Part shown: in pieces, positions 39,586-50,334 of the stretch
Layout: each line of letters starts with the position of its first letter
Numbering within the stretch: the first letter of the stretch is position 1
Origin: Aureliella sp.
GTDB taxonomy: Bacteria > Planctomycetota > Planctomycetia > Pirellulales > Pirellulaceae
Length of the DNA stretch: 64,000 bases
Assembly (NCBI GenBank): GCA_963691875.1
Contig: OY829846.1
Span: 3,232,001 to 3,296,000, forward strand
Reading direction: 5' to 3'
Translations under genes and position numbers: made by a program
Notes under the pieces: model-generated
The model's database searches: none
Seen by the model: only the letters and a program-made list of their open reading frames with translations
What the model was told of the DNA's origin: nothing

Positions 39586-40707
39586 CTATCCCAATGTGAA
39601 CTCGGGTAAGCGAATAATCTCTCCGCCTTTTTCGGCCGATTCGTGAGCGCAGATTCCGACGCAGGTCCAATTTGCGCTGGTGACGGCATTGGGCCAAGGC
39701 TCGCGATCCTCAATCAAGGCGTTTGTAAATTCGTTGACCAAATGCGGGTGCGATCCGCCATGTCCACCACCTTGAATGAACGACAAGTGCTCGGAGTCAT
39801 GAATCTCTTGTGGCAGAGTGAACTTTCTAATCTCCGGCGGAAGAAGCTGTGCGAAGTCAGGTACTTCGACTTTTTCGGGAATCTCGTGCTCAGGCTTTTT
39901 CGCCGTATGTAACACGTGCGGCTCGTTTTCGATCAGCGTCCATTCGAAGCTTTTCTTGGTACCGTAGACATCGAAGCTCTCACGATACTGCCGCGCGACA
40001 TCGTACAAGAATCGCCAGATGTGCGCGGTGAGATCTGAATCCTTGTACTTGATATGGCAGGTTTCCACCGCGAACTTATTGCCTGATTTCTGTGCGATGT
40101 CGTCACGCACGGTCCCGGAACCAAAGCAACTTACGTACTCGGCCAATCCGTCGACGAGCCCCAAGCAAGGGCTGACCACATGAGTGGCATAGTGCATGGG
40201 TATCATCTTCTCCCAGTACTCGGGCCACCCATCCATATCTTGCGGATGTGAAGCGGCGACGTGTTGGATCTTGCCCAACTCGCCTTTCACGTACAAGTCT
40301 TTGATGAAGAGAAATTCGCGACTGTAAACAACAGTTTCCGCCATCATATATTTCAGCCCCGTCTCTTTGACTTTTTCAACGATCTGTCGACACTCATCGA
40401 TCGTTGTCGCCATTGGGACAGTGCACATCACGTGCTTGCCAGCATCGAGGGCTTTGAGCGACATCCACGCATGATCATTGATCGGGCTGTTGATGTGAAC
40501 GAAATCAACATCGGAGTCTGCAAGGACGTCATCAAAGTTGGTGTAGCGTTTTTCGATACCAAACTGATCGCCGGCTTTGTTCAGTTCTTCCTCGTTTCGA
40601 CGAGAGATCGCGACGACGTTCGTGTTGGGATGAGCTTGATAGATCGGAATAAACTCGGCACCAAACCCAAGTCCTACCATCGCAACGTTAACGGTGTTCG
40701 TCATCAA
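39586..40707 (-). CDS. Gfo/Idh/MocA family oxidoreductase
   Basis: VAMVGLGFG Rossmann motif, ALDAGKHVMCTVPMA, GELGKI. Confidence 0.9.
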   Translation of the reverse strand: MMTNTVNVAMVGLGFGAEFIPIYQAHPNTNVVAISRRNEEELNKAGDQFGIEKRYTNFDDVLADSDVDFVHINSPINDHAWMSLKALDAGKHVMCTVPMATTIDECRQIVEKVKETGLKYMMAETVVYSREFLFIKDLYVKGELGKIQHVAASHPQDMDGWPEYWEKMIPMHYATHVVSPCLGLVDGLAEYVSCFGSGTVRDDIAQKSGNKFAVETCHIKYKDSDLTAHIWRFLYDVARQYRESFDVYGTKKSFEWTLIENEPHVLHTAKKPEHEIPEKVEVPDFAQLLPPEIRKFTLPQEIHDSEHLSFIQGGGHGGSHPHLVNEFTNALIEDREPWPNAVTSANWTCVGICAHESAEKGGEIIRLPEFTLG

Positions 40708-40936
40708 ACTTCTCTCTCAAAGTGGTTGTTGGATTTCGCAAGGGAACATTCTTTCCCACGTCGCCGCAGAATTCAACAACCCATCATCAGGTTCGATGCC
40801 AGACCGCTTGATGAAATGGCTCGATGTCGAAAGCAATCATTCCTAAGTGACAAATTGCGTCACATGCAGAAAACCACTCGCCCAAGAAGCGAATTCAACT
40901 CCACACGTAATGCATTCTAGTGAATCGGCGAGCGGC

Positions 40937-41281
40937 TCATATATCCTGAATCTGCTGTATGATCGCTAGCAGCTGTTGTGCCCGCGCGATGCCGCCAACG
41001 CTCTGCACGTAGTCAATGGCAGCCTCAATTTCACTGATTGAGATAGAAGAGTTTTCAGCCACTCCGGGTTCGTTGCCTCCAACGGAAGCAGCTACTACCA
41101 CCGCAGCTCGCGAACGCCTTCGCGTGTACTTTCGCTTGAGCTGCGTCTTTGCGTTCGAAACGTCTGCTGCCGTGACACCAAATTCCTTGAGCGCTTCCAC
41201 CACGTCACGATTCCGAGCTTGCGGATTCGCTCGCAAATAGTCTTGTACACGTTGGGATTTACTGGGCTGTTCTCGACTCAC
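40937..41281 (-). CDS. Small basic hypothetical protein, possibly DNA-binding
   Basis: KSQRVQDYLRANPQARNRDVVEALKEFGV helical N-terminus, basic KRKYTRRRSR patch and C-terminal helical hairpin. Confidence 0.7.
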   Translation of the reverse strand: MSREQPSKSQRVQDYLRANPQARNRDVVEALKEFGVTAADVSNAKTQLKRKYTRRRSRAAVVVAASVGGNEPGVAENSSISISEIEAAIDYVQSVGGIARAQQLLAIIQQIQDI

Positions 41282-41311
41282 GACAGCGTTCCTTTCAAGT
41301 TCCTCTCGCAG

Positions 41312-43456
41312 TTATGGCTTGCAGTAGCGATCGAGCCAATCGAAAAAGACACGGCCCCAAACCACCCCGTTCTGCGGCGACAAGACCCAGTGCCCCTCGC
41401 CAGGGAAGTACAAGAAACGGCTTGGAACACCTTGAGTCTGAGCAGCAGTGAACGCCTCCATGCCTTGCGTCACGGGCACACGGAAGTCTTTCTCGCCGTG
41501 GATGACAAGTAAAGGTGTCTTCCAGTTGCCTGCAAACTTATGAGGCGAAAACTTCTCGTACTTTGCTGCGACTTCCTGGCTCTTCCAGAATGGACCACCA
41601 AGATCCCAGTTGACGAAAAACAATTCTTCCGTTGAGCCGTACATTGACTCCAAATTGTAAACACCGCAGTGAGCAATCATGGAGCAGAAGCGATTCTCCG
41701 AGTTACCCATCAGCCAATAGACGGTGTAGCCGCCAAAGCTCGCTCCGATGGCAGCAACGCGTTCGCGATCAATTTTCGGGTCGGCCAACATTCCGTCAGT
41801 CGCGGCCAAAATATCCTGCATGGCTTGCCCGCCCCAATCGCCACTGATCTGGTCGTTCCAATCGCGGCCAAATCCCGGTAGTCCGCGGCGGTTCACGGCC
41901 AAGACAACGTATCCCTTGGAGGCCATCATGTGGAAATTCCAGCGGTAGGAGAACCACTGGCCGATCTGGCCCTGCGGTCCGCCTTGGCAGTAAGTCAACA
42001 TTGGCCATTGCTTGTCGTCGGACTCGTCGTAGTCAGGAGGAAGGATCACCCAATTGTGAATCTTCTTGCCGTCCGTCGCTGTAAAGAAACGTTCCTCGAT
42101 ACGAGGCAACTCCAAATCAGCGAAAATGCCACCGTTCACATCCGTGATGGTGACGCTCTCTTGCGTCTGCGTGTCGACCAGAGCCAACTCGGTCGGACGC
42201 AGCATACACTGCTGCCGAGCTAGAACTAGTGATGTGCCTGGCACGGGCGCTACCAACGAAAAGTTGTATCGCCCCTGCGAGATTTGCTTTAGCTCCGAGG
42301 ACTCAACGTCAATCATGTACAACTGATCTGTACCTCGCGTCTCACTTGCAAAGTACAGCGACTCATTGTCGTTGCTCCACGTCGCGTTGTGAGCGGTTTG
42401 ATCCAGCCCGCTGGTGATCTCCCGCATGCCGCCACCTTGGCGATCGTACAGCATGATGCGATTTCGATCGGACTCAAAACTGGCTCGTTCCATCGAATGA
42501 AAGGCCAAGTAACGGCCGTCGGACGAGTAGCGAGGCTCCATGTCGTAGCCTGGCATCCCTGGTGTAATAGATTTCATCGCACCGCCCTCAATAGAGACAG
42601 TATAGACCCCCGTATCGGTGCTCTCAGCTGGGTTATTGACCAGCTTCAAAGTCAAAGCCAGCTCTTGGCCATCGGGCGAAAACTCAAATTGCTCGGAACC
42701 ACCAAATGGAGGAACAGGGCAATCGGCTTTCAACGTGCTCATCAAGTCCTTGGCATCACTGGCCTTGCCCGCTTCGTCAATCTTGACAACATGCACGTGG
42801 CTGTAAGCATAATCGTGCCAAGCATTCCAGTGGCGGTAGAGCAGCGAGTCGATGATGCGAGCATCAGCTTTTGGCAAGTCTTTGTAAATCTCATTGACCT
42901 TTTGATCCATCTTCACGTCAACCGTGAAAGCGATCGCATTGCCAGCTGGCGAGACTTTCAGATTGGCAATTCCATCTTCAACTTCCGTTAGTTGCACCGC
43001 TTCCCCACCGGCTGGATCGAGCATCCAAGCTTGTGGTGCTCCAGACTTAGGCTCTTCGCCTTCAGCCGCTTCCTTGGAAGCTCCAGGGGCGATATATACA
43101 AGCTTTGCACCGGTGCTGTGATCGAACCAGCTGAGGTCATGCAGACCTTTGACGTCACTCTGCAGCGTCTTGGTAGGCATGGTCTTAAGCACACTATCGA
43201 AGGCCGCCGCTCGATCCGGACTTTCTGGCAACGTATTCGGTAGATCCTGCAAGTACAAAGTCACTCGGCCGCTGTTCTCCTCGAGGTCATAGCGAGTCAC
43301 CAGAAAGGCCAGTTGCGTCCCATCGGGCGAAACGGCCGAGCCACCAATTCGTCCCAGGTCCCAAAGTTTCTCTGGAGTGAGTCGCTCCCCAGCCGTGGCC
43401 GCAGGAGCAAAGATGGTGAGCAGGGCTATGGAAAATGCGAAGAGTGCGCGAGGCAT
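41312..43456 (-). CDS. S9 family peptidase (dipeptidyl-peptidase 5-like) with beta-propeller
   Basis: Signal peptide, PD40-like repeats, GGPQ, nucleophile GASFGG, DFRV and EGHW. Confidence 0.92.
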   Translation of the reverse strand: MPRALFAFSIALLTIFAPAATAGERLTPEKLWDLGRIGGSAVSPDGTQLAFLVTRYDLEENSGRVTLYLQDLPNTLPESPDRAAAFDSVLKTMPTKTLQSDVKGLHDLSWFDHSTGAKLVYIAPGASKEAAEGEEPKSGAPQAWMLDPAGGEAVQLTEVEDGIANLKVSPAGNAIAFTVDVKMDQKVNEIYKDLPKADARIIDSLLYRHWNAWHDYAYSHVHVVKIDEAGKASDAKDLMSTLKADCPVPPFGGSEQFEFSPDGQELALTLKLVNNPAESTDTGVYTVSIEGGAMKSITPGMPGYDMEPRYSSDGRYLAFHSMERASFESDRNRIMLYDRQGGGMREITSGLDQTAHNATWSNDNESLYFASETRGTDQLYMIDVESSELKQISQGRYNFSLVAPVPGTSLVLARQQCMLRPTELALVDTQTQESVTITDVNGGIFADLELPRIEERFFTATDGKKIHNWVILPPDYDESDDKQWPMLTYCQGGPQGQIGQWFSYRWNFHMMASKGYVVLAVNRRGLPGFGRDWNDQISGDWGGQAMQDILAATDGMLADPKIDRERVAAIGASFGGYTVYWLMGNSENRFCSMIAHCGVYNLESMYGSTEELFFVNWDLGGPFWKSQEVAAKYEKFSPHKFAGNWKTPLLVIHGEKDFRVPVTQGMEAFTAAQTQGVPSRFLYFPGEGHWVLSPQNGVVWGRVFFDWLDRYCKP

Positions 43457-43714
43457 CGTTCAAATCCTTCACTGAGTGTACGCGACGATCAAGCGGGAAA
43501 AGTAAGCTATTTCACGGAACCGATAAGCCCCTAAGTCAGACCTTCACGCCCCAGATTACAACGATTTCGCCAACCCTCCAAGCGGCCATAGGCCGACATT
43601 CTTTTCAACCCTGGGCCAAGAGGGCAATCAGTCCGAAATTGAGCCGAATTTCCCTCAATGCTATAGTCCTCGCAGTCGCCATTTTATCTTGCCGCCAACT
43701 CTGAAAGCTTCAGT

Positions 43715-46057
43715 TTGATCTCCTCCGTGGCAAGTTTCTTGGTCCGTTGGCATCTTGGCCTGCTCACTACGGCGCTTGCAGTTGCGTTGATCGGCCTGCC
43801 TGTTTCGAACGATCTCAACTTGGATTGGTCCGTCGAGGGGATGTTTCCCCAGGACGATCCAAGCGTCGAAGCTTATCGTCATTTGCAAGGGCGGTTTGGT
43901 GCTAAGGATATCTGTTTAGCTGTGTACCATGATCCGGAGCTGTGGGATGCGTCTGGGGCAGGACTGAAGCGTCTAGGAGAGATCAGTAAAGGCTTGGCGA
44001 AAGTGGATGGCATACAGGCTGTCTTGAGCCTATCTGAGCTCGACCGAGTGCTAAAGACTGTGCGTGGCCCCATGCGACTGTTTGCCAACCCGGATGGCTC
44101 CCCACTGCTGGACCCCAACGACAAGCTTGCCCAAGCGTTAGCACGAGTCTTCGAAAACTATACCCATCGCCCGGAAACGAACTATGTCGCGATGGCTTGC
44201 ATGCTGGAAACGGTGGACAGCGAATCACGGCCTGGTCCTTCCGATCATGAAGCGACACTTCAGCGAATCGATGACTTCATGAAACAGATCCCTTCACCTG
44301 CGGCGCGAGGGATGGTAACCGGTGAACCAGTCTTGGTGGCCGAAGGCTTTAAGATGGTGCAGCGTGACGGAATTCGACTGGGCATCACCTGCTCAGTGAT
44401 CGTGTCCCTGGTGCTGTTGCTTTGCTTCCGATCACTGCGGTGGACCTTCATTCCGATGGCGGTGGTGCACTGGTCTTTGATCGCGACGCAAGCGAGTCTT
44501 GTCTGGCTCGCTATGGATTTGACCATGATCAGCAGCACGCTCACTTCGATCGTGACTGTGATTGGCGTGGCGACCTCCATCCACTTGCTACTTCGGTTCC
44601 AGGAAGAACGACGGCGCGGCGTTGAACGAAGGCAAGCTCTCGAATCAACCCTCCGTGTACTCCTCAAACCAATCTTCTTCGCCTGCGTCACGGATGCGGT
44701 CGGATTCTGCGCTCTGCTATTCGCTAACGTGGGCCCAGTGAGAGATTTCGGCCTGATGATGGCGATGGGCTCGATGGCCGTGTTTTTTGCAATCATTCTT
44801 GTTGTTCCAGGCCTTGCTTTGCTCGGCCCTTGGGATACCGATCCCCGAACACCAAAACTCGATTTAGCATTGCGTTTGATGCTTCGCAGAGTCTTGAAGT
44901 CTTGCCTGAAGCTTCGCAGAACAGGACTTGTGTCACTGTTCCTCGTGCTCACCCTTTCCGTTTGGGGAAGTCTTCGCATGCAAGTGGAGTCAGATTTCAC
45001 CAAGAACTTCAGGGCAGACAGCCCACTGATGCAAGGCTACTCCGTGATCGAAGACGAGCTGGGCGGAGCTGGAGTGTGGGACGTTATGCTACCCGCCCCT
45101 GCCAATTTAAGTGCGGAGTACTTGCGTGCAGTAGAAGAATTAGAGCAGGACCTGCGTGACCTGACGGTCGAGCTGGCTGGAAAGGACGATGATGGTGCGG
45201 CCGGTGAAATCCGATTGACTAAAGTGCTCAGTATCATCGATGCAGTAAGAGCCCTGGACGCCGAAATGATGACGCGAATAATCGCTCCGCTGGCTCGGCT
45301 AAAACTAATGCAATCGGCTATGCCCGAATTCTCGCAGGCATTGCTTACTCAGGCACCCGACGATAACGGTCAGCATTGGTTGCGGATCATGCTCCGAAGT
45401 CAGGAACAAGTACCGGCAGCTGCCAAGAGCGAGCTTGTAATGCGAGTGCAGAAACTCGTTCAAGAACGATGTCAGTCAGAAGAGTGGAAACAAATGCTTG
45501 GCAATAGCTTTGTGAAGGACGAGCTACCTATTGCAGAAGTTGCTGGTTATCACGTGATGCTTGGCAGACTCGTTGAGAATGTTTTGGCGGATCAATGGCG
45601 TTGCTTCTTCATCGCCGCTGGCGGAGTATTCGTCATCATGTGCATTGCGATCGGCAGCTGGAAGCTGGCCGCAGTGACATTGATTCCAAACTCGCTGCCA
45701 ATCTTGCTAGTACTCGGTTACCTCGGCTGGACCGGGACTCGAGCCAACATGGGGGTCGCACTTATCGCGGCCGTGTCATTGGGACTTTCGATCGATAGCT
45801 CCATTCACTACCTCTCACATTATCGCCGCAGGATCAGCGAAGGATCCAAGCCACGCAAGGCCATGCAGTCAGCACAGGAAAATGTTGGGCTAGCCGCCTT
45901 GCTAGCGACCATCGCCTTGGTAGCCGGATTTGTCACTCTTTGTATCAGCGAGTTCGAACCTACTGTCGTCTTTGGCGGTCTAGCCAGTGTCACGTTGCTC
46001 GGCGGCCTACTGGGAAACCTAGTTATCTTGCCTCTGTTGATCGCTGGCAAAGAATGA
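43715..46057 (+). CDS. MMPL/RND family transporter
   Basis: Two TM clusters separated by periplasmic loops; GLSIDSSIH and TDAVGF motifs. Confidence 0.88.
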   Translation: MISSVASFLVRWHLGLLTTALAVALIGLPVSNDLNLDWSVEGMFPQDDPSVEAYRHLQGRFGAKDICLAVYHDPELWDASGAGLKRLGEISKGLAKVDGIQAVLSLSELDRVLKTVRGPMRLFANPDGSPLLDPNDKLAQALARVFENYTHRPETNYVAMACMLETVDSESRPGPSDHEATLQRIDDFMKQIPSPAARGMVTGEPVLVAEGFKMVQRDGIRLGITCSVIVSLVLLLCFRSLRWTFIPMAVVHWSLIATQASLVWLAMDLTMISSTLTSIVTVIGVATSIHLLLRFQEERRRGVERRQALESTLRVLLKPIFFACVTDAVGFCALLFANVGPVRDFGLMMAMGSMAVFFAIILVVPGLALLGPWDTDPRTPKLDLALRLMLRRVLKSCLKLRRTGLVSLFLVLTLSVWGSLRMQVESDFTKNFRADSPLMQGYSVIEDELGGAGVWDVMLPAPANLSAEYLRAVEELEQDLRDLTVELAGKDDDGAAGEIRLTKVLSIIDAVRALDAEMMTRIIAPLARLKLMQSAMPEFSQALLTQAPDDNGQHWLRIMLRSQEQVPAAAKSELVMRVQKLVQERCQSEEWKQMLGNSFVKDELPIAEVAGYHVMLGRLVENVLADQWRCFFIAAGGVFVIMCIAIGSWKLAAVTLIPNSLPILLVLGYLGWTGTRANMGVALIAAVSLGLSIDSSIHYLSHYRRRISEGSKPRKAMQSAQENVGLAALLATIALVAGFVTLCISEFEPTVVFGGLASVTLLGGLLGNLVILPLLIAGKE

Positions 46058-46181
46058 CTCCTAGCCAAGTTGATTCGCCCACCTTTGGTAAACCCACAGG
46101 CCAAGTAGAATGCCTAGCACTGGTAGCTCATTGGCTGTTCAATGTGAGAATGCCGGTTCACCCTGACACAGAAAAGGCTGC

Positions 46182-47108
46182 ATGTCGAATCCTAAAGACA
46201 CTGTCCGCGTTGGACTCGCAGCAGCTATTGGGGCTTATCTTCTCTGGGGCGTGTTTCCGATCTTCTGGAAACAGCTTGGAAAATTCGATCCGCTTCAGGT
46301 CGTGGGACATCGTGTCATCTGGTCTTTTCTGATCCTGACTGCGATTAGCTTTTGGTTTCTGCAAGGATCTGAGACACGAAAGAAGTTTTTCTCCGCGTTG
46401 CTTGATCCGAAAGTATGGCGAACGTTTGCAATCGCGGGCTTGATGATTGCTTCTAACTGGTTGGCCTTTGTATGGGCGATGAGTCACGACCGAGTCGTTC
46501 AGGCTTCGCTGGGATATTACATCAACCCTCTTTTCAATGTCCTCCTCGGCGTCGTGCTTCTCGGCGAACGCCTAAACAAGATGCAATGGTTTGCTATTGC
46601 AATCGCAGCCAGTGGTGTCGTCATCTTCACCGTGGCTTTGGGGGGCTTGCCGTGGGTTTCACTCGTCCTCGCCGTCACCTTTGCGCTCTATTCGCTGGTG
46701 AAGAAAAAGGCTACGTTGCCGGCTCTGCAGGGATTATATCTAGAAACCACGGTCTTGCTGGTGCCAGCCGTTGTTTTCTTGGGCTATGTGGAGTCAACGA
46801 GTCAAGACGGCGCGTTCCAGTCGGGCGATCTGCGACTACTCGTCTTGCTAGTGCTGGGAGGAACGGTCACGATCGCGCCGCTGGCACTCTTTGCTTTCGC
46901 AGCGAAACGAGCACCTTTGTCATCGATCGGCGTTTTGCAGTACATTGCTCCAACGATGCAGTTTCTTCTCGGCGTTTGTCTCTACGGCGAGGAATTTGAC
47001 ACCCTACAGCTGGTTGGCTTCTCGTTCGTATGGCTGGCACTAGCCGTCTATCTTTGGAGCAGCCGTTCCAATAACCAGCCCGTGTCTAGCAAAGATACAG
47101 AGCAGTAG
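46182..47108 (+). CDS. rarD: EamA-family transporter RarD
   Basis: YLLWG, ASLGYYINPL, LGERL and GVLQYIAPT. Confidence 0.9.
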   Translation: MSNPKDTVRVGLAAAIGAYLLWGVFPIFWKQLGKFDPLQVVGHRVIWSFLILTAISFWFLQGSETRKKFFSALLDPKVWRTFAIAGLMIASNWLAFVWAMSHDRVVQASLGYYINPLFNVLLGVVLLGERLNKMQWFAIAIAASGVVIFTVALGGLPWVSLVLAVTFALYSLVKKKATLPALQGLYLETTVLLVPAVVFLGYVESTSQDGAFQSGDLRLLVLLVLGGTVTIAPLALFAFAAKRAPLSSIGVLQYIAPTMQFLLGVCLYGEEFDTLQLVGFSFVWLALAVYLWSSRSNNQPVSSKDTEQ

Positions 47109-47116
47109 TTTTCTGA

Positions 47117-48310
47117 CTACTTTCTTCGAATGAAGATAAGAGCATTCGAAAGTTCGCGATACTCATCACCTGGTGGTGGCTGAAGCATCTGCATGTCTCC
47201 AAAGCCCATCTCGCGTTGCTCGTTCGAAACGTACTTCGGCTGAGAAAACGGTACCGTCGTGGACACTTGCCCAGCAATACTAACAGAGACAGGGGCAGCA
47301 AACTTCTGGCTAACTGAGAAGCGATTCCCCGTGCATTCGGCGACGGATTTCAGCAGCTGTTTTTGAGCCGTGTCGTAGCCCAATCCAAAACCGATACGTG
47401 GAAAGTCATCTTTATTGAGGGAAATCTGATCCAGAGCTCGACTCAGGTCTGCGGCGGGAGCACGCACGAATAAGATCGATGCATCTTCCCAATCCCCCTC
47501 CTCCTTGTTAACAAGCATTCGTGCCTCGGAGATCGCCTTTTTCACTTTCGCGTCTCCTTTGATCGGCTCGTCTATGTCGATCCCAGACTGCTTGAAGACG
47601 CGACTGAGAAAATCGTTCTTGTGAGCGTGCTCCGACACTTCAATGTCGACCAACATAACCAAGAATATTGCTGGGAACTCCATTTCGCTAACATAGACAA
47701 TATCCCTCTTGGGAGCTGGGTTGAGCTGTTCAGGCTCGTGTCCTGGAAACGGATTCTGCGGCAGCATTTCTTCTGCATCAGGTTCCTGTGCAAGCTGTGT
47801 ACCTGGAGCCGGATCTACTTTATCTTCGCTCTCTGCCAGATTCGAATCAGAAGGGGCGAGCAGAGTTGGCAGACTGAAGAGCAGTAAAAGTGCAGCCGCA
47901 ACACCTAGCGCACAGGCCCAAACGTACTTGCCTGAACCTGGTGCACTCATCTGCTCTTGCTTGGCCGGCTCAACCTCGCTCTCTGGCCTATTGCCGAGCA
48001 CAAAATGGTCGCTCGCACCTTGGCGTCTAACCTCTTCCTGAGCTGCCGCGATGACACGCTCCGCAAAGTCGCTCCCAAGTCCGCGAGGGTCCCCCGGACC
48101 TGCGCCGTGGCCAGCATGCGTCTTAGAAAGCTTCGAGACGGCAAAGTGAGTTCTTAACTTGCTTTGTACTTCGTGCAAAGAATCTACCCGAGCCTGCGCA
48201 GCGTTATTACCAGCAAGCATCCCCTCTGCTTGCTCGCGCTCGGAATCGCTGACTGCGTCATCCACGTACGCATTCAGCAATTCATCGTCTCTTTCGTCCT
48301 CGGGTAACAT
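47117..48310 (-). CDS. Transmembrane anti-sigma factor-like protein
   Basis: N-terminal ELLNAYVDDAVSDSEREQAE anti-sigma-domain pattern, one TM (ALGVAAALLLLF) and a periplasmic domain. Confidence 0.75.
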   Translation of the reverse strand: MLPEDERDDELLNAYVDDAVSDSEREQAEGMLAGNNAAQARVDSLHEVQSKLRTHFAVSKLSKTHAGHGAGPGDPRGLGSDFAERVIAAAQEEVRRQGASDHFVLGNRPESEVEPAKQEQMSAPGSGKYVWACALGVAAALLLLFSLPTLLAPSDSNLAESEDKVDPAPGTQLAQEPDAEEMLPQNPFPGHEPEQLNPAPKRDIVYVSEMEFPAIFLVMLVDIEVSEHAHKNDFLSRVFKQSGIDIDEPIKGDAKVKKAISEARMLVNKEEGDWEDASILFVRAPAADLSRALDQISLNKDDFPRIGFGLGYDTAQKQLLKSVAECTGNRFSVSQKFAAPVSVSIAGQVSTTVPFSQPKYVSNEQREMGFGDMQMLQPPPGDEYRELSNALIFIRRK

Positions 48311-48347
48311 TACTCACTCACTCTGGATTGCAATTATTGCAAACCGC

Positions 48348-48374
48348 TACAACCGACTTTAAAACGTGCGTTCC
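48348..48374 (-). promoter_or_regulatory. Candidate ECF sigma promoter
   Basis: Minus strand GGAAC-N16-GTTGTA, ~40 nt upstream of the anti-sigma start codon. Confidence 0.4.
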
Positions 48375-48659
48375 ACGCCGATGTTTTCTCCTCACCACTC
48401 TTTACTAGCCACTTTACAGCTGGGACCAGATTAATATCGGCTCACACCGCAAGGCTGATGGACCACTAAGCACAAGAAGGCCGTAAATGGCGGTCAGGAT
48501 GCGGATTTCTGTCTCAAATTGCCACAGAAGTAGCCCCATATCTGGGATGATAACCTACCAAGATCAGTTCCTTGAAAAGGGACTGAAATGTTTGAATTGA
48601 AACGATTTCGAGGAGAATCCAAGTTCGTTACACTCCGTAGAGGGAGTTTTTGAGGTTCT

Positions 48660-49199
48660 CTAGCCCTCCAAACCCGACAATCTGGGGGGTTTAATTACTT
48701 CTTCCCGTAATGCAAACTCCGCCTTGGCTCTCTCGTTTTCGAGATAATGGGAGAGTATGAGGTGAGCCGCTAGACCATCAACGCGTTTCTTTTTCTGCTT
48801 GGCGGACATTGGTGCTTCTTGTAGCAGACGACGAGCTTCACGCGTTGTAAACCTTTCGTCATATAGGACATAAGGCCGCTGAGTCGCTTCCTGCAACCAC
48901 TGGCAGAACTCGCGAGCTTCCGTGGATTTTTGACTCTCTTTTCCATCGCAGTGGATTGGAAGGCCGACTACCCAGCCGACCAAGCTTTCATCCTCGGCAA
49001 GCTTGCAGAAGTACTCATTGTCGAGTTTTTCTTTGCGACGCGTGTAGGTTTCATAGGGCGTGACCCAGTGCTGGGAAGGATCGCAAGTTGCGATTCCGAT
49101 GCGAACCGTTCCAAAGTCGACTCCAGCCAACCTCCCTTCTGGTGGCAAGCATCCACCCGCCTCTGGCATAGGCCGAATATCGTCTTTGTTTTCGCTCAT
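48660..49199 (-). CDS. ruvX: Holliday junction resolvase-like/pre-16S rRNA nuclease RuvX (YqgF)
   Basis: AGVDFGTVRIGIA, VVGLP, DERFTT and VDGLAAHLILSHYL. Start is 49199 or 49169 rather than 49286. Confidence 0.92.
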   Translation of the reverse strand: MSENKDDIRPMPEAGGCLPPEGRLAGVDFGTVRIGIATCDPSQHWVTPYETYTRRKEKLDNEYFCKLAEDESLVGWVVGLPIHCDGKESQKSTEAREFCQWLQEATQRPYVLYDERFTTREARRLLQEAPMSAKQKKKRVDGLAAHLILSHYLENERAKAEFALREEVIKPPRLSGLEG

Positions 49200-49384
49200 A
49201 AAGAAGGGCCACTCATGGAGAAGGAGTCTACAGTGTCGACGTTTCCGAAGTGCGTGCAAGTGAAAATCGAATTCTGCTGAGAGCAAATTCCTTGCGCTAT
49301 CTTTATCACCTTAACAGTATCTAAGTTCCGGTAGTCAGTGATCTTGGCCGCGACGCTACTCTCTTCTTCTCCTCAAGCGTTTCT

Positions 49385-49738
49385 ATGTCCGAGTCTCTTC
49401 AGCTTTTTGAGCCGGTCGCCATCGATTCCCCCGTGCGGACCGGACCACCAAGAGCCACATTGACGGTACTTGGCTGGACGATCGGCATGGCCTGTCTCGC
49501 CTTTGCCCTGACCCTTGTCGGAATTCCAGTAGTCGTCTTCGTACTTGACGTTTCGATGAATCTGGTGACAGGGATACAATGGATCGATTCGATGCTTTAC
49601 AGTCTAGCCGGCCCGATCTCCATTTCCATCGTCGCTGTCATCTTGGCATTTTTCGCGTCTTCCGCGGGAGCCGCAATCGGCCTGGTTCTCGGAGTCCTCG
49701 CCTTTGTGCGAAAACGGAGGCGGTGGAACAAAAGGTAG
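49385..49738 (+). CDS. Hypothetical membrane protein
   Basis: Hydrophobic helices with a basic C-terminus. Confidence 0.6.
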   Translation: MSESLQLFEPVAIDSPVRTGPPRATLTVLGWTIGMACLAFALTLVGIPVVVFVLDVSMNLVTGIQWIDSMLYSLAGPISISIVAVILAFFASSAGAAIGLVLGVLAFVRKRRRWNKR

Positions 49739-49745
49739 AAACGCA

Positions 49746-50210
49746 GTGAGCGAACCTAACAGTCCCGTCAAAGAGCAATCAGTAACACCGGATAGCCAAC
49801 TAACCCGACCGCTCAGGTGGCTCAGCTTGCCTGGCCTGCTGCTCCTGACTGGTATCGCCGCCATCCAACTCTCCAATCGGTTCGCTTGGCTTGAGTACGA
49901 TAGCGAGGCGGCTTGTTTCTTCGCCCCGTTCCTGATCTTCCTAACGCTCAGCGGCTTTATGGCTTGGACTCGAATCGGGATCTTCGGCTCATTCATGATC
50001 AATGCGCTGGCAACCAGCGCAAGTTACCTCGTCTTTCGCCTGGAAATCCACTTTGGATGGCTAGCAGAGCAACATCCGATCGAAACTGCTCGACTTGACG
50101 TACACAGTTTCATGGGGCTCTGCCTATCCATGGCTTTCGGTCTTTCGGCCGTTTTTCTAGTGTCAATTATTCGCGACACCTTCGGTATCAAACTCGAAGA
50201 GGAGAGCTGA
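49746..50210 (+). CDS. Hypothetical membrane protein (~4 TM)
   Basis: GTG start downstream of AAGGT and four hydrophobic segments; the ORF track starts at 49704. Confidence 0.6.
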   Translation: MSEPNSPVKEQSVTPDSQLTRPLRWLSLPGLLLLTGIAAIQLSNRFAWLEYDSEAACFFAPFLIFLTLSGFMAWTRIGIFGSFMINALATSASYLVFRLEIHFGWLAEQHPIETARLDVHSFMGLCLSMAFGLSAVFLVSIIRDTFGIKLEEES

Positions 50211-50334
50211 GATCCAAACCCAGAACCGACAAGCGGCAATGTCTCTAAGGCTTTCAACGAGACAGATAGGTTGGATACAATGTTGGTGAATATCCGCGTT
50301 TCTTGCACTTGCCCCACTCTAGGACGAACCAACA

